From Chthoniobacteraceae bacterium (GTDB taxonomy: Bacteria > Verrucomicrobiota > Verrucomicrobiia > Chthoniobacterales > Chthoniobacteraceae): 64,000 nucleotides of DNA. This document shows positions 38,099 to 47,046 of the stretch, one piece after another. The notes under the pieces were generated by a model. The model made no database searches and was not told where the DNA came from. It saw only the letters and a list, made by a program, of their open reading frames with translations. Position numbers and translations under genes: made by a program. The stretch lies in the NCBI GenBank assembly GCA_031409335.1, contig JANNWY010000083.1:32001-96000 (forward strand), read 5' to 3'. Position 1 is the first letter of the stretch. Every line of letters starts with the position of its first letter.

Positions 38099-39214
38099 CT
38101 ACTCGACCGCGCCTGCCCTTTGCTGAATCCGAATGATCACGAACTCGGCGGGGCGTAACGGCGCAAAGCCAATTTCGATATTCAGGATGCCCTTCGCGAT
38201 GTCCGCGTCGGTCATCATTTCGCGGTCGCATCTCACGTAGAATGCGTGTTGCGGGGTGGTGCCCTGGAACGCGCCTTGGCGGAAAAGTGCGTGCAGAAAA
38301 TCGGCGACGCTGCGGCGGAGTTGCGCCCAGAGCGGCTCATCGTTCGGCTCGAAGACGGCCCAGCGTGTGCCGCGGTCGATGCTTTCCTCGATGAACAATC
38401 CGAGTCGGCGGACGGCGATGTATTTCCACTCGGAGGCGAGTTCGTTCGCGCCTTCCATCGTCCGCGCGCCCCAGGCGACGATGCCGAATGTGGGGAATGT
38501 GCGGAGGCAATTGACGGCGCGGGCGTTGAGCGGATCGCTTTCGTTGTCGTTCAGATTGTAGTCGAGCGACTTCACACCGAGCAGGCCGGCGTATGGACCG
38601 GCGGGAGATTTCCAAACGCTGACGGTGTCGGAAATGCGCGCGATGAGTCCGGCGATGGTGCCGCTGGGCGGGATGCTGCGCGGATGGCCGTTGTTCAACG
38701 GGTCGCTGATTTTCGTCCATGGAAAATAGATCGCGGCATTCCTTGAGCGCGGGAGTGCGCTGCTTTGCGCGAAGGTTTCCATCTCCGCTGGCGTGCGCAC
38801 ATTTACGGGCGGATCGACGATGAGCAGCGCGCGCCGCCCGCGACAAAATTCCGCGGCGGCGGCGATGATCGCGGGAGTGGTGATGCCGGGAAGTGCGAGG
38901 AGATTGAACGCATCCACGGCGGCGAGCGCGCGAATTCCCGCGAGCACTTTCGCGGCGGACGCGCGTTTTGCGATGCGCACGACGACGGCCTCGGCTCCGC
39001 CATTCGCGAAGAACTGCCGCACCGCGTAGCCCAACTGCAAATCCTGCGCGAGCCCGCCGAAGCGCTGCTCAAATTCCGCGAAACTGGCGATGCGCTCGGG
39101 CCGGTTCACGCTGCCTTTTTTGGCGGAGCCGATGAATGCGGCGACGCCAGTGGGAACGCCGGTGATCGTGCGGGGAATCGCGGAATCTTCCTCGATGAAA
39201 ACTTCGGGAGGCAT
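38099..39214 (-). CDS. Contractile tail sheath family protein (eCIS-like), stand-alone
   Basis: VFIEE..RTITGVPTGVAAFIG, SFAEFEQRFGG, AVRQFFANGG, AAIYFPW, PPSGTIAG, VWKSPAG, WGART, WKYIAVRR, WAVFEPN, IGFAPLRPAEFVIIRI. Confidence 0.93.
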   Translation of the reverse strand: MPPEVFIEEDSAIPRTITGVPTGVAAFIGSAKKGSVNRPERIASFAEFEQRFGGLAQDLQLGYAVRQFFANGGAEAVVVRIAKRASAAKVLAGIRALAAVDAFNLLALPGITTPAIIAAAAEFCRGRRALLIVDPPVNVRTPAEMETFAQSSALPRSRNAAIYFPWTKISDPLNNGHPRSIPPSGTIAGLIARISDTVSVWKSPAGPYAGLLGVKSLDYNLNDNESDPLNARAVNCLRTFPTFGIVAWGARTMEGANELASEWKYIAVRRLGLFIEESIDRGTRWAVFEPNDEPLWAQLRRSVADFLHALFRQGAFQGTTPQHAFYVRCDREMMTDADIAKGILNIEIGFAPLRPAEFVIIRIQQRAGAVE

Positions 39215-39225
39215 GTGCGCGGGGA

Positions 39226-39426
39226 CTATCCGCCCGCGACGATGCGGACGATTTCGATGCGATCACCTTCCGCCAGCGCGCGTGCATTCCATTCGGCGCG
39301 ACGCAGCGCGAGGCCGTTGTGCTCGACCAAAGTCGCGGGCGCGGGGAGCGCGAGTTCTTCGATCAATTCGGCGACATTTTGCGAGCGAGCCACCAGCCGG
39401 TTCTCGCCGTTGATCGAGATCGTCAC
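39226..39426 (-). CDS. thiS: Sulfur carrier protein ThiS
   Basis: GTG at 39426 overlaps the thiH stop; MTISINGE...VEHNG...LAEGDRIEIVRIVAGG with C-terminal GG; 66 aa. Confidence 0.93.
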   Translation of the reverse strand: MTISINGENRLVARSQNVAELIEELALPAPATLVEHNGLALRRAEWNARALAEGDRIEIVRIVAGG

Positions 39427-40532
39427 GGCGCGAGGATGGCTTGATCCCAATCCTTCCACACGGGCTCGAATCCTTTCGCTTGCAGCATCGTCGCGATCTC
39501 CGCGGGCGAGCGTTGGTCGGCGATTTGAAATTGCTCGGTGGCATTCGCGTCGTGCGAACACGCGTCCGATTTCACCACGCGACCGCGGATGGTGAGGTGC
39601 AGATCGTCGCGCCCTTCGCCGGTGTAGCCGCCGGGTTCGGTATGGCTGCCGGCGCTCATCATCGTGATGCCGAGCGGCAGCAGCGCGTCGCGCAAGGCGG
39701 GCGATTCGCGCGTGCTCATGACGATGCCGACGTGGGGAAAAGTCACGCGCAGCGCGCAGACGAGCTGCACGAAATCGCGATCCGCGAGCTGATGCCGCGG
39801 CTGAAATTCCCCCGCGCACGGACGCAGCCGCGGCAGGCTGACGGTGAACTGCGCCTTCCAGCATCGCCGCAGCAAATAGTCCAAATGCGCCGCGAGCGCG
39901 CACGCCTCCGCGCGCCATTCCGACAGGCCAAAAAGCGCACCGACGCCAATGCGACGAAACCCGCCCGCGTAAGCGCGTTCCGGGCACGCGAGCCGCCAGT
40001 CGTAGTCGCGTTTCGGCCCCGCTGTGTGGAGTTCCGCGTAAGCCGCGCGATCGTAAGTTTCCTGATAGACCACGAGCCCTTCCGCGCCCGCCGCCACGAG
40101 CAACGCGTAGTCCGGCGTCTCCATCGGCGCGACTTCCAGCGCGAGCCCCGGCACCTCCGGCGCGAGCGCGCGCACGCAGCGTGCGAGGTATCCGTTCGAG
40201 ACAAATTTCGGATGTTCGCCCGCGACGAGCAGCACATTGCGAAAACCTTCCTTCGCGAGATGCCGCGCCTCTTTCACCACGGACTCGATCTCGAGCGTCA
40301 CCCGCAGGATCGCGTTGTCGCGCGAGAAGCCGCAGTAGGCGCAGTTATTGATGCACTCATTGGAAAGATAGAGTGGCGCGAAGAGGCGGATGGTTTTCCC
40401 AAAATGCCGCCGGGTGAGCGCGGCGGACTCGCGCGCGAGCGTCTCCAAATCCGCATCCGTGCGCGGATCGAGCAGCGCGGCAAAGCGGCGCACGAGCGGC
40501 GGGTGCGTGGATGGATCGGCGAAGTCGGGCAT
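39423..40532 (-). CDS. thiH: 2-iminoacetate synthase (radical SAM)
   Basis: FAPLYLSNECINNCAYCGFS, YQETY, SLPRLRP, STRES, SAGSHTEPGGY, QFQIADQRS. Start uncertain. Confidence 0.93.
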   Translation of the reverse strand: MPDFADPSTHPPLVRRFAALLDPRTDADLETLARESAALTRRHFGKTIRLFAPLYLSNECINNCAYCGFSRDNAILRVTLEIESVVKEARHLAKEGFRNVLLVAGEHPKFVSNGYLARCVRALAPEVPGLALEVAPMETPDYALLVAAGAEGLVVYQETYDRAAYAELHTAGPKRDYDWRLACPERAYAGGFRRIGVGALFGLSEWRAEACALAAHLDYLLRRCWKAQFTVSLPRLRPCAGEFQPRHQLADRDFVQLVCALRVTFPHVGIVMSTRESPALRDALLPLGITMMSAGSHTEPGGYTGEGRDDLHLTIRGRVVKSDACSHDANATEQFQIADQRSPAEIATMLQAKGFEPVWKDWDQAILAP

Positions 40533-40895
40533 GAGCGATGAGTAATGGCGCATCGCGCGGCTGCATTCAACCAGAACGCCGCGCGTTGCCTCACGGGAAA
40601 ATGACACCGGAGGCTCGGGCTTCGATGGCATGGACAAGGGCGGGTCGATGGGCGTGCCGCGCCAGTGCAAAGATTTTCCGCAGCCGCTTCTAAGTCCGGG
40701 ATGCAGACTTCCTGTCGATGCTTTGCCCCACCGCTGGTTTGGCGGAAGCCGCTCGCTGCTCCACTGGATCGAGATCATCGATGATCACAATCGCTTGGTG
40801 CCCCTGGCGCGGCCCTACCCGCACATTCCGCCCATCCTCCCGGGTGCGATCGGGCTTGGCAGTCTTGCAGATGCCGTGAGCGACTATAGGCTGCG

Positions 40896-43800
40896 ATGCC
40901 AATGACCCTCAGTGAGAAAGTCCATACAACTCCGAAGCCAAAGCGGCGCGGACGGTTGCGACGGCTCGTGAGGTGGGGATTTTTGCTGCTCGCGATCGTG
41001 GTGGTTTTTCATCGCCCGCTGGTGCGTTTCATCGCCATCCAGATCGCAGCGCGACAGCATCTCGCGCTGGATTTTCGGCTTTCGGGAACGGTGTTCACGA
41101 ACCTCAAGATCGAGGGCATCCGGGTCGCGCCGAATGGCACCGGGCCAACGCCGGTCGAGAAAATCGCGATTGAGCGGCTGCGGTTCGACTACAGCATTCC
41201 GATGCTGATCCGCCACGGGCTCGGCGAATTTTTACGCAGCTACGAAATCCACCGCGCGGATCTCGCATTCGTGGAGATCCCGCGCGACGCGAAATCCCCG
41301 CGGCGGGAGCGTGAGAAGGCGGGCATCATCCGCATCCTTCGGACGATCCTGGCGCAGCCGGCGGCGTACGCGGATCGGGCGGAGATCGAGGATTTCAATC
41401 TCCGCATCCGCACGGAAAAACACGAGACTCGCGTGGAAGGCGTCCACATCCTGCTCGCGCCGGATCGCGCTGGCTACGTGCGGGCGCGGCGGGTCGCGGC
41501 GCCGCATCTGCCGGTGTGGGAAAATCTCAGCGCCGAGACCAGCTACACGGCGCGCAATTTGTTCGTGAAGAATCTCACGATCACGCCCGATCTGGTGCTG
41601 CGCGATGTGAATTTCGACGCCTCGCAGCGCGCGGAAAACAAGGGGAACATGAGCCTGCGCGCGAATGTCTTTGGCGGCGAGGTGTGGCTTTTCATCGACG
41701 GCAGCCAGCTCCGCGAAAAGGGGAAAAACCTCGAACACAGCTATGCGACGAAGACGAAGCTCACGGTGACGAATGTGAACGCGCGAGCGGCGGCGGCGTA
41801 TTTCGGATTGAAAAATCTGCCGCTGGAAACGGTCGCGTCGTTCAAGGCGGAATTTTCCGGCGAGCCGGAGAAGCCGCGGACATGGCGGGGAGAAATGATG
41901 GCGGTCGTGGAGCGGATCGCGGCGGGGCCGCTGCAAATCGAGCGGGTGAATTTGAACTCATCGGTGAAGGACGGGACGGCGCTGGTCGCGCTGGATGCCG
42001 GCGTGGCGGGAAACACGGTGACGATTTCCGCCACCGCGCAGGTGCCGGAATCGGTGAACGATTTCGACACGACGAATGGCGAAGCGACGATCGCCATCGA
42101 CGCGCCGCACCTGGCGGAACTCGGCGGCGCGCTGCGCATGAAGGAGCCGATGACCGGCGCGGCCTCGGCGAATGCACGGGTGACGCTGCGTGATCGCGTG
42201 GCTGCGACCTCGGTAAATCTGACCGCGGACAACGTCGCTGTCGGCCCCGTCGGCCTCACCACCGCGCGGTTGAAACTCACGGCGGAGAAGAAGTTTGGCG
42301 GCAAGGGATTCGAGGGTGTCAGTGGACAGATCGGCGGCGACCTTGCCGGCGTGCGCTTCAAGACGTTCGCGACGGACTCGGCGACGCTGGTCGCGTCGTT
42401 GAGCGGGCGGGTGGTCGATGTTTCCCGGCTCGAAATCGCGCGCGGCGAAAACAACGTGAGCGCGAACGGCACTTATGAAATCCCGGTCGATCTGAAATCG
42501 GCGGCGAAAGCTCCGGTGGATGCGCGGATCACGATCAATGCGCCGCGGCTGGCGGAGTTTGGGATCGTGGTGAAGGATCACGCGCTCGACGGGCGTATCA
42601 CGGCGCAAGGCGCGGTGAAGCTCATCGATGGCGCGCCGGTCGGGGGCATCGAGATCGACGGTGGCGGCTTCAAGCTCGGCACATTCGCCGCGGAGTCGCT
42701 GGTCGCGCGGGTGAAGCTGGCGGACCGCGCGGCGGAGATCGAGCGGCTCACTTTGAAACTCAACGCGAAGGATCAAATCTCGGCGTCTGGAAAAGTGACG
42801 GTCGATGCTCCGAATACGTACGACGGAAAGCTCGTCGCCGGGATCGAAAACCTGGCGGTGGTGCAGCCGCTCCTCGAAATCTTCGGCGTCAAGGAATCGC
42901 TCGCGGGCAGTCTGGCTATCGACTGGAAGGGAAAGGGTGACATCAAGCCGGCGACTTACGCGGGTGATATGAAGCTCGCGATTTCCAAAGCGAAATACGG
43001 AAAGATCGATCTCAGCGAAGTGCGGCTCGCGGCGGTGTACGGGCCGAACTATGCGAAATCGACCGAACTGCGCATCGTCACGGGCACGACGAAATTTGAG
43101 TGCGATCTCGACATCGAGGAAGGCAAGCTGCGCCTTCAGAAAATCAACCTGCAGCAGGGCGAGCAGACCGCGCTCACCGGCTACATTTTTCTCCCGATCG
43201 ACCTCGCGAGCCCGACCCAAAAAATCCCGCTGGAGGAGCGGCTCGCGATGAATCTGACCGCGAACAGCGTCGATCTCGACAAGCTGTTCGCCAGCCTCGG
43301 CAAGACCTCGCCCATCAGCGGCACAGTCTCCGCGACGCTCGTCTCGGGCGGCACGCTGCTGAATCCCGCGGGGCAGTTGCAGATGAAGGCGCGGGCGATC
43401 ACGGCGAAGTCCGCGCCGAAATTCGACCAGGCGGAACTCGATCTGACGCTGAACTATTCCGAGAAGTTTCTGACGCTGGATGCGACTGCGCGACAGCGCG
43501 AAATCCAGCCGCTCATCATCAAAGGACGACTGCCGCTCGACATCGAAAAAGCGGTGAAAGAGAAAGCGTACGATCCCGCGTTGCCGATTGATTTCACGGC
43601 GAAGATCGCGCCCTCGCCGCTCGCGAACATCCCAAAATTCGTCCCGGCCGTGCGCCGCATCGATGGCACGCTGGGGCTCGATCTGCGAGTCGCGGGCACG
43701 TTTGGAAAACCGGAAATCACGATGGGACTCGACGTCGATCTCAAGGGCGCGCGGATGACGGCGGAAAGCGTGCCGGCGGTCGGCGCATTCCAGGCAAAGC

Positions 43801-44885
43801 TCGGGTATGCGAACCAGACGCTTTCGTTGAATGCCTTCAAAGGCGAACTCGGCGGCGGCACTTTCAAACTCAGCGGCACGGTGAAAGCGCCGGAACTCGA
43901 CCAGCTCAGTTTCGGACCGAAGGTGGTTTTCCCAAAAGCGATCGCGCCGATCTTCGACCTGCGGCTGGAATCCGACGAAGTGCTGGTGCTGCGAAACGAC
44001 TCCATCACCGTGCGCGCGGACGCCGACGTGAAACTCGCGGGGCCGCTGAATGCTGCCGCTGCGACCGGCACGATCTACGTCACCCACAGCCGCTTTTTCA
44101 AAGAGATCGACATCCTGCCGATCGCGCTGCCGGGCCGCCCGAAGCCCGCGCCGAAATCCGCGCCGCGGCAGAAGAACATTTCATTTCCCAATCCCCCGCT
44201 GCGCGACTGGAAATTCGACGTCGCGATCAAGACGCGAGACGACGATCCGTTCCGCGTCCGCGGCAATCTGGCGAACGGTGCTGCCGCGCTTGCGCTGCGG
44301 TTTGCGGGCACCGGGCTGAAGCCGTGGCTCGACGGCAACATCCGCATCGACTCGTTCAACGCGAGCCTGCCGTTCAGCCGGCTGTCCGTGACACGCGGGT
44401 ATATCTATTTCAATGAGGACGCGCCATTCGAGCCATTGCTCGATCTCCAGGCGGAGTCGCGGGCGCGCGATTATTTGATCAACGCATACATTTACGGCAG
44501 CGGGACCAGTCCGCAGATTTCGCTTTCGAGTGAGCCGCCGCTGCCGCACTCGGACATCGTCTCGCTGCTCGCCACCGGCACGACGACAGCCGATCTCGGC
44601 GCGAATTCCGAAGCGCTCATGAGCCGCGCGGCGATGCTCGCCCTGAAGCAGGGCTATCAGAAACTTTTCAAACGCGGCACGCCGCCGCCGCCCACGGCTG
44701 CGAAGACCGAGGATGGAAATTTGCTCGATCGTTTTGAGATGGCGCTCGGCTCGACCAGCAACCGGAGCGGTCGCCAGGAAATCATCACCAGCTTCAAGAT
44801 CAACGATCAGCTCTACCTCATCGGCGACGCAGGCGTGGATGGACAGTTCACGGGCCGTCTGAAATATCTCATCCGATTCCGCTAG
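40896..44885 (+). CDS. tamB: TamB/AsmA-like translocation and assembly module protein
   Basis: N-terminal TM anchor, long beta-rich body, DUF490-like end (EPLLDLQAE, ISLSSEPPLPHSDIVSLLATG); abuts an Omp85 gene. Confidence 0.85.
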   Translation: MPMTLSEKVHTTPKPKRRGRLRRLVRWGFLLLAIVVVFHRPLVRFIAIQIAARQHLALDFRLSGTVFTNLKIEGIRVAPNGTGPTPVEKIAIERLRFDYSIPMLIRHGLGEFLRSYEIHRADLAFVEIPRDAKSPRREREKAGIIRILRTILAQPAAYADRAEIEDFNLRIRTEKHETRVEGVHILLAPDRAGYVRARRVAAPHLPVWENLSAETSYTARNLFVKNLTITPDLVLRDVNFDASQRAENKGNMSLRANVFGGEVWLFIDGSQLREKGKNLEHSYATKTKLTVTNVNARAAAAYFGLKNLPLETVASFKAEFSGEPEKPRTWRGEMMAVVERIAAGPLQIERVNLNSSVKDGTALVALDAGVAGNTVTISATAQVPESVNDFDTTNGEATIAIDAPHLAELGGALRMKEPMTGAASANARVTLRDRVAATSVNLTADNVAVGPVGLTTARLKLTAEKKFGGKGFEGVSGQIGGDLAGVRFKTFATDSATLVASLSGRVVDVSRLEIARGENNVSANGTYEIPVDLKSAAKAPVDARITINAPRLAEFGIVVKDHALDGRITAQGAVKLIDGAPVGGIEIDGGGFKLGTFAAESLVARVKLADRAAEIERLTLKLNAKDQISASGKVTVDAPNTYDGKLVAGIENLAVVQPLLEIFGVKESLAGSLAIDWKGKGDIKPATYAGDMKLAISKAKYGKIDLSEVRLAAVYGPNYAKSTELRIVTGTTKFECDLDIEEGKLRLQKINLQQGEQTALTGYIFLPIDLASPTQKIPLEERLAMNLTANSVDLDKLFASLGKTSPISGTVSATLVSGGTLLNPAGQLQMKARAITAKSAPKFDQAELDLTLNYSEKFLTLDATARQREIQPLIIKGRLPLDIEKAVKEKAYDPALPIDFTAKIAPSPLANIPKFVPAVRRIDGTLGLDLRVAGTFGKPEITMGLDVDLKGARMTAESVPAVGAFQAKLGYANQTLSLNAFKGELGGGTFKLSGTVKAPELDQLSFGPKVVFPKAIAPIFDLRLESDEVLVLRNDSITVRADADVKLAGPLNAAAATGTIYVTHSRFFKEIDILPIALPGRPKPAPKSAPRQKNISFPNPPLRDWKFDVAIKTRDDDPFRVRGNLANGAAALALRFAGTGLKPWLDGNIRIDSFNASLPFSRLSVTRGYIYFNEDAPFEPLLDLQAESRARDYLINAYIYGSGTSPQISLSSEPPLPHSDIVSLLATGTTTADLGANSEALMSRAAMLALKQGYQKLFKRGTPPPPTAAKTEDGNLLDRFEMALGSTSNRSGRQEIITSFKINDQLYLIGDAGVDGQFTGRLKYLIRFR

Positions 44886-46946
44886 ATGCGCCGCGCACCG
44901 ATTCCCCTGCTCCTACTCCCGCTCCTGGCACTCGCTTCCGCGCCTGCCGCCGACAATGCGCGCAACGCCCTGCTCGGCGCGGAGCTTCTGCAAACCGCCC
45001 TTGCTCCGGCAGTGAAGCAGCGCGTCGAATTCGTCGGCGCAAAGTCTTTCAACGAAGCCGAACTCAACGCGGCGATCGCCGAGCAGATCCGCGAGGTCAC
45101 CGACGGCGGAGTGACACCCGCGCGGGCCGACGACATGGCATTTTACCTCGGTGCGTTTTATCGGAAGAAAGGCTTTGCCGACGCTCAGGTGGACTACGAA
45201 ATCCGTGGCGATAAAGTGCTCCTGAAGATCAGCGAAGGTCCGCGGTCGCTGCTGCGTTCCGTCACTTTCGAGGGCAATCGCTCGATTCCGAAAGCCACAC
45301 TTTGGGAATACTTTCTCGGTGCCACGGAAGAGCGACTCCAAAAGGAGGCGGAGATGTTTCCCTACAATGCCGGCGAGATCGCGAGCGGCGCGGATCGCGT
45401 GCGCGGCTTCTACATTTCCGAGGGTTATCTCGATGCTGTCGTCGATGCCGCGAAGATCGACCTCGCGGAGAATGGCACGCGCGCGAGCGTGACGGTGCGC
45501 ATCGAAGAGCGGCAGCGATACGTTTTCGGAAATGTGCAGTTTGGCGGGGATGCCAAATTCTCACGCGCGGAATTGATCAAGGCGATGGGCGAGCCGGTCG
45601 ATGGTCCGTTTTCGGCCACGAAGGTGACGAACGCGCAGCGCAACATTCAGTCGTTCCTCAAAGCCCACGGCTATTACCAGGCCGATGTCGCCGTCGCCGC
45701 CGATCCGGCGAAGGCAGTGCGCGGGCGCGTTGCGGTGCGCTTCGATGTCACGCCGCGCCGGCTGTTTTACTTCGATGGCATCACCGCGAAAGGCACCGAC
45801 CGCCTGCGGCCCGACTTCCTGCCGAAACGGTTCGCGCACTTGAAGGGCGAAAAGTATGACCCGGAAAAGCTGGATGAAACTTTTCGCGAAATGCTGCGCA
45901 CCGGCCTTTTCAAAAACCTGCGCATTTCCCCCACGCCGATCAACGGCGACCGGCTGCGAATCGACCTCACGGTGGAGGAAGCGAAGGCGCGCGAAATCGG
46001 TGCCACGATCGGGGCCGGTTCGTATGAAGGCGTGAGCGTCGGCATCCGGCTCGCGGATCGGAATCTCCTCGGCCGCGGGCGTCCCCTTTCGCTCGGCGTG
46101 GACTACTCGCAGCGCGGCCTCCGCGGCGAATTGCTCTACGTCGATCCGTGGCTTCTCGACACGCGGTTCAATCTCCGCGCGCGCCTTTACTCGGCGATCC
46201 GCGATGAGGACGGCTACTCGAAAAATGAAATCGGCTGGCGGTTCGATCTCTCGCGAAAACTTCTCCCGCATCTCGAACTCGGTGCATTCGTCGAGCAGGA
46301 AAAAGTCACACTCACCGCGAATGGCATCGACCTCGCGCAACTCGGCCCGACGGACTACTTTCTCACCAGCGTCGGCCTCACCGCGTCGATCGACTACCGC
46401 GACGATCCGATCAATCCGTCGCGCGGCTTCATTTTCACCAACGCCACCGACTTCTCGACGATCGACGGCGAACCTGCGTTCACGCGCTATACCGTCCGCT
46501 TTTCCTACTACCTCTCCGTGCGAAAACTTCTGTTCGCCTTTGGCGCGCGCAGCGGTCTCATCGCGCCCATCGCCGACCGCTCGGACATCCCGATCGACGT
46601 GCGCTACTTCAGCGGCGGCGGCACCACGGTGCGTAGTTTCGCCGAGCGCGAACTCGGCCCGCAAAGCCGGAGCGGCGACCCCACCGGCGGCGAATTTTTC
46701 ACCATCTTCAATGCCGAGATGACCTTCCCGCTCGTGCGCGGGCTGCAAGGCGCGGTGTTCATCGATGCGGGAAATCTCACGACTTCCGATGACATCGGCC
46801 TCGACGACATGCGCTACGCCACCGGCCTCGGCCTGCGCTACAAACTCCCGATCGGCCCGCTGCGCCTCGACTACGGCGTGAATCCATCCCCGAAAGGCGA
46901 CGAAGCGCGCGGCGCATTTCACTTCTCGTTTGGCTTTGCGTTTTGA
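44886..46946 (+). CDS. Omp85 (TamA/BamA-family) outer membrane protein
   Basis: POTRA repeats (FEGN, YISEGYLDA), DRNLLGRG, GGGTTVRSF, FIDAGN, GLRYKLPIGPLRLDYG, FSFGFAF end. Confidence 0.93.
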   Translation: MRRAPIPLLLLPLLALASAPAADNARNALLGAELLQTALAPAVKQRVEFVGAKSFNEAELNAAIAEQIREVTDGGVTPARADDMAFYLGAFYRKKGFADAQVDYEIRGDKVLLKISEGPRSLLRSVTFEGNRSIPKATLWEYFLGATEERLQKEAEMFPYNAGEIASGADRVRGFYISEGYLDAVVDAAKIDLAENGTRASVTVRIEERQRYVFGNVQFGGDAKFSRAELIKAMGEPVDGPFSATKVTNAQRNIQSFLKAHGYYQADVAVAADPAKAVRGRVAVRFDVTPRRLFYFDGITAKGTDRLRPDFLPKRFAHLKGEKYDPEKLDETFREMLRTGLFKNLRISPTPINGDRLRIDLTVEEAKAREIGATIGAGSYEGVSVGIRLADRNLLGRGRPLSLGVDYSQRGLRGELLYVDPWLLDTRFNLRARLYSAIRDEDGYSKNEIGWRFDLSRKLLPHLELGAFVEQEKVTLTANGIDLAQLGPTDYFLTSVGLTASIDYRDDPINPSRGFIFTNATDFSTIDGEPAFTRYTVRFSYYLSVRKLLFAFGARSGLIAPIADRSDIPIDVRYFSGGGTTVRSFAERELGPQSRSGDPTGGEFFTIFNAEMTFPLVRGLQGAVFIDAGNLTTSDDIGLDDMRYATGLGLRYKLPIGPLRLDYGVNPSPKGDEARGAFHFSFGFAF

Positions 46947-47046
46947 CCGCGCGCTGTCCGCACTTTTAATCCCACCCGAACATTGGCGACGATTTGGATT
47001 GTTCACCGCGCACGTTTCTTTCTATGTAGAGGGGACAAAGTACCGA

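Noticed and set aside
39226..39426. ThiS as a ubiquitin-like tag for the sheath (Bil-like conjugation)
   Set aside because: No E1, E2 or JAB genes nearby; overlap with thiH explains it as the thiamine sulfur carrier.
40533..40895. TPP riboswitch upstream of thiH
   Set aside because: I could not find the CTGAGA and CCTGA..GCGTAGGGA core in order on the minus strand; an Rfam scan would settle it.
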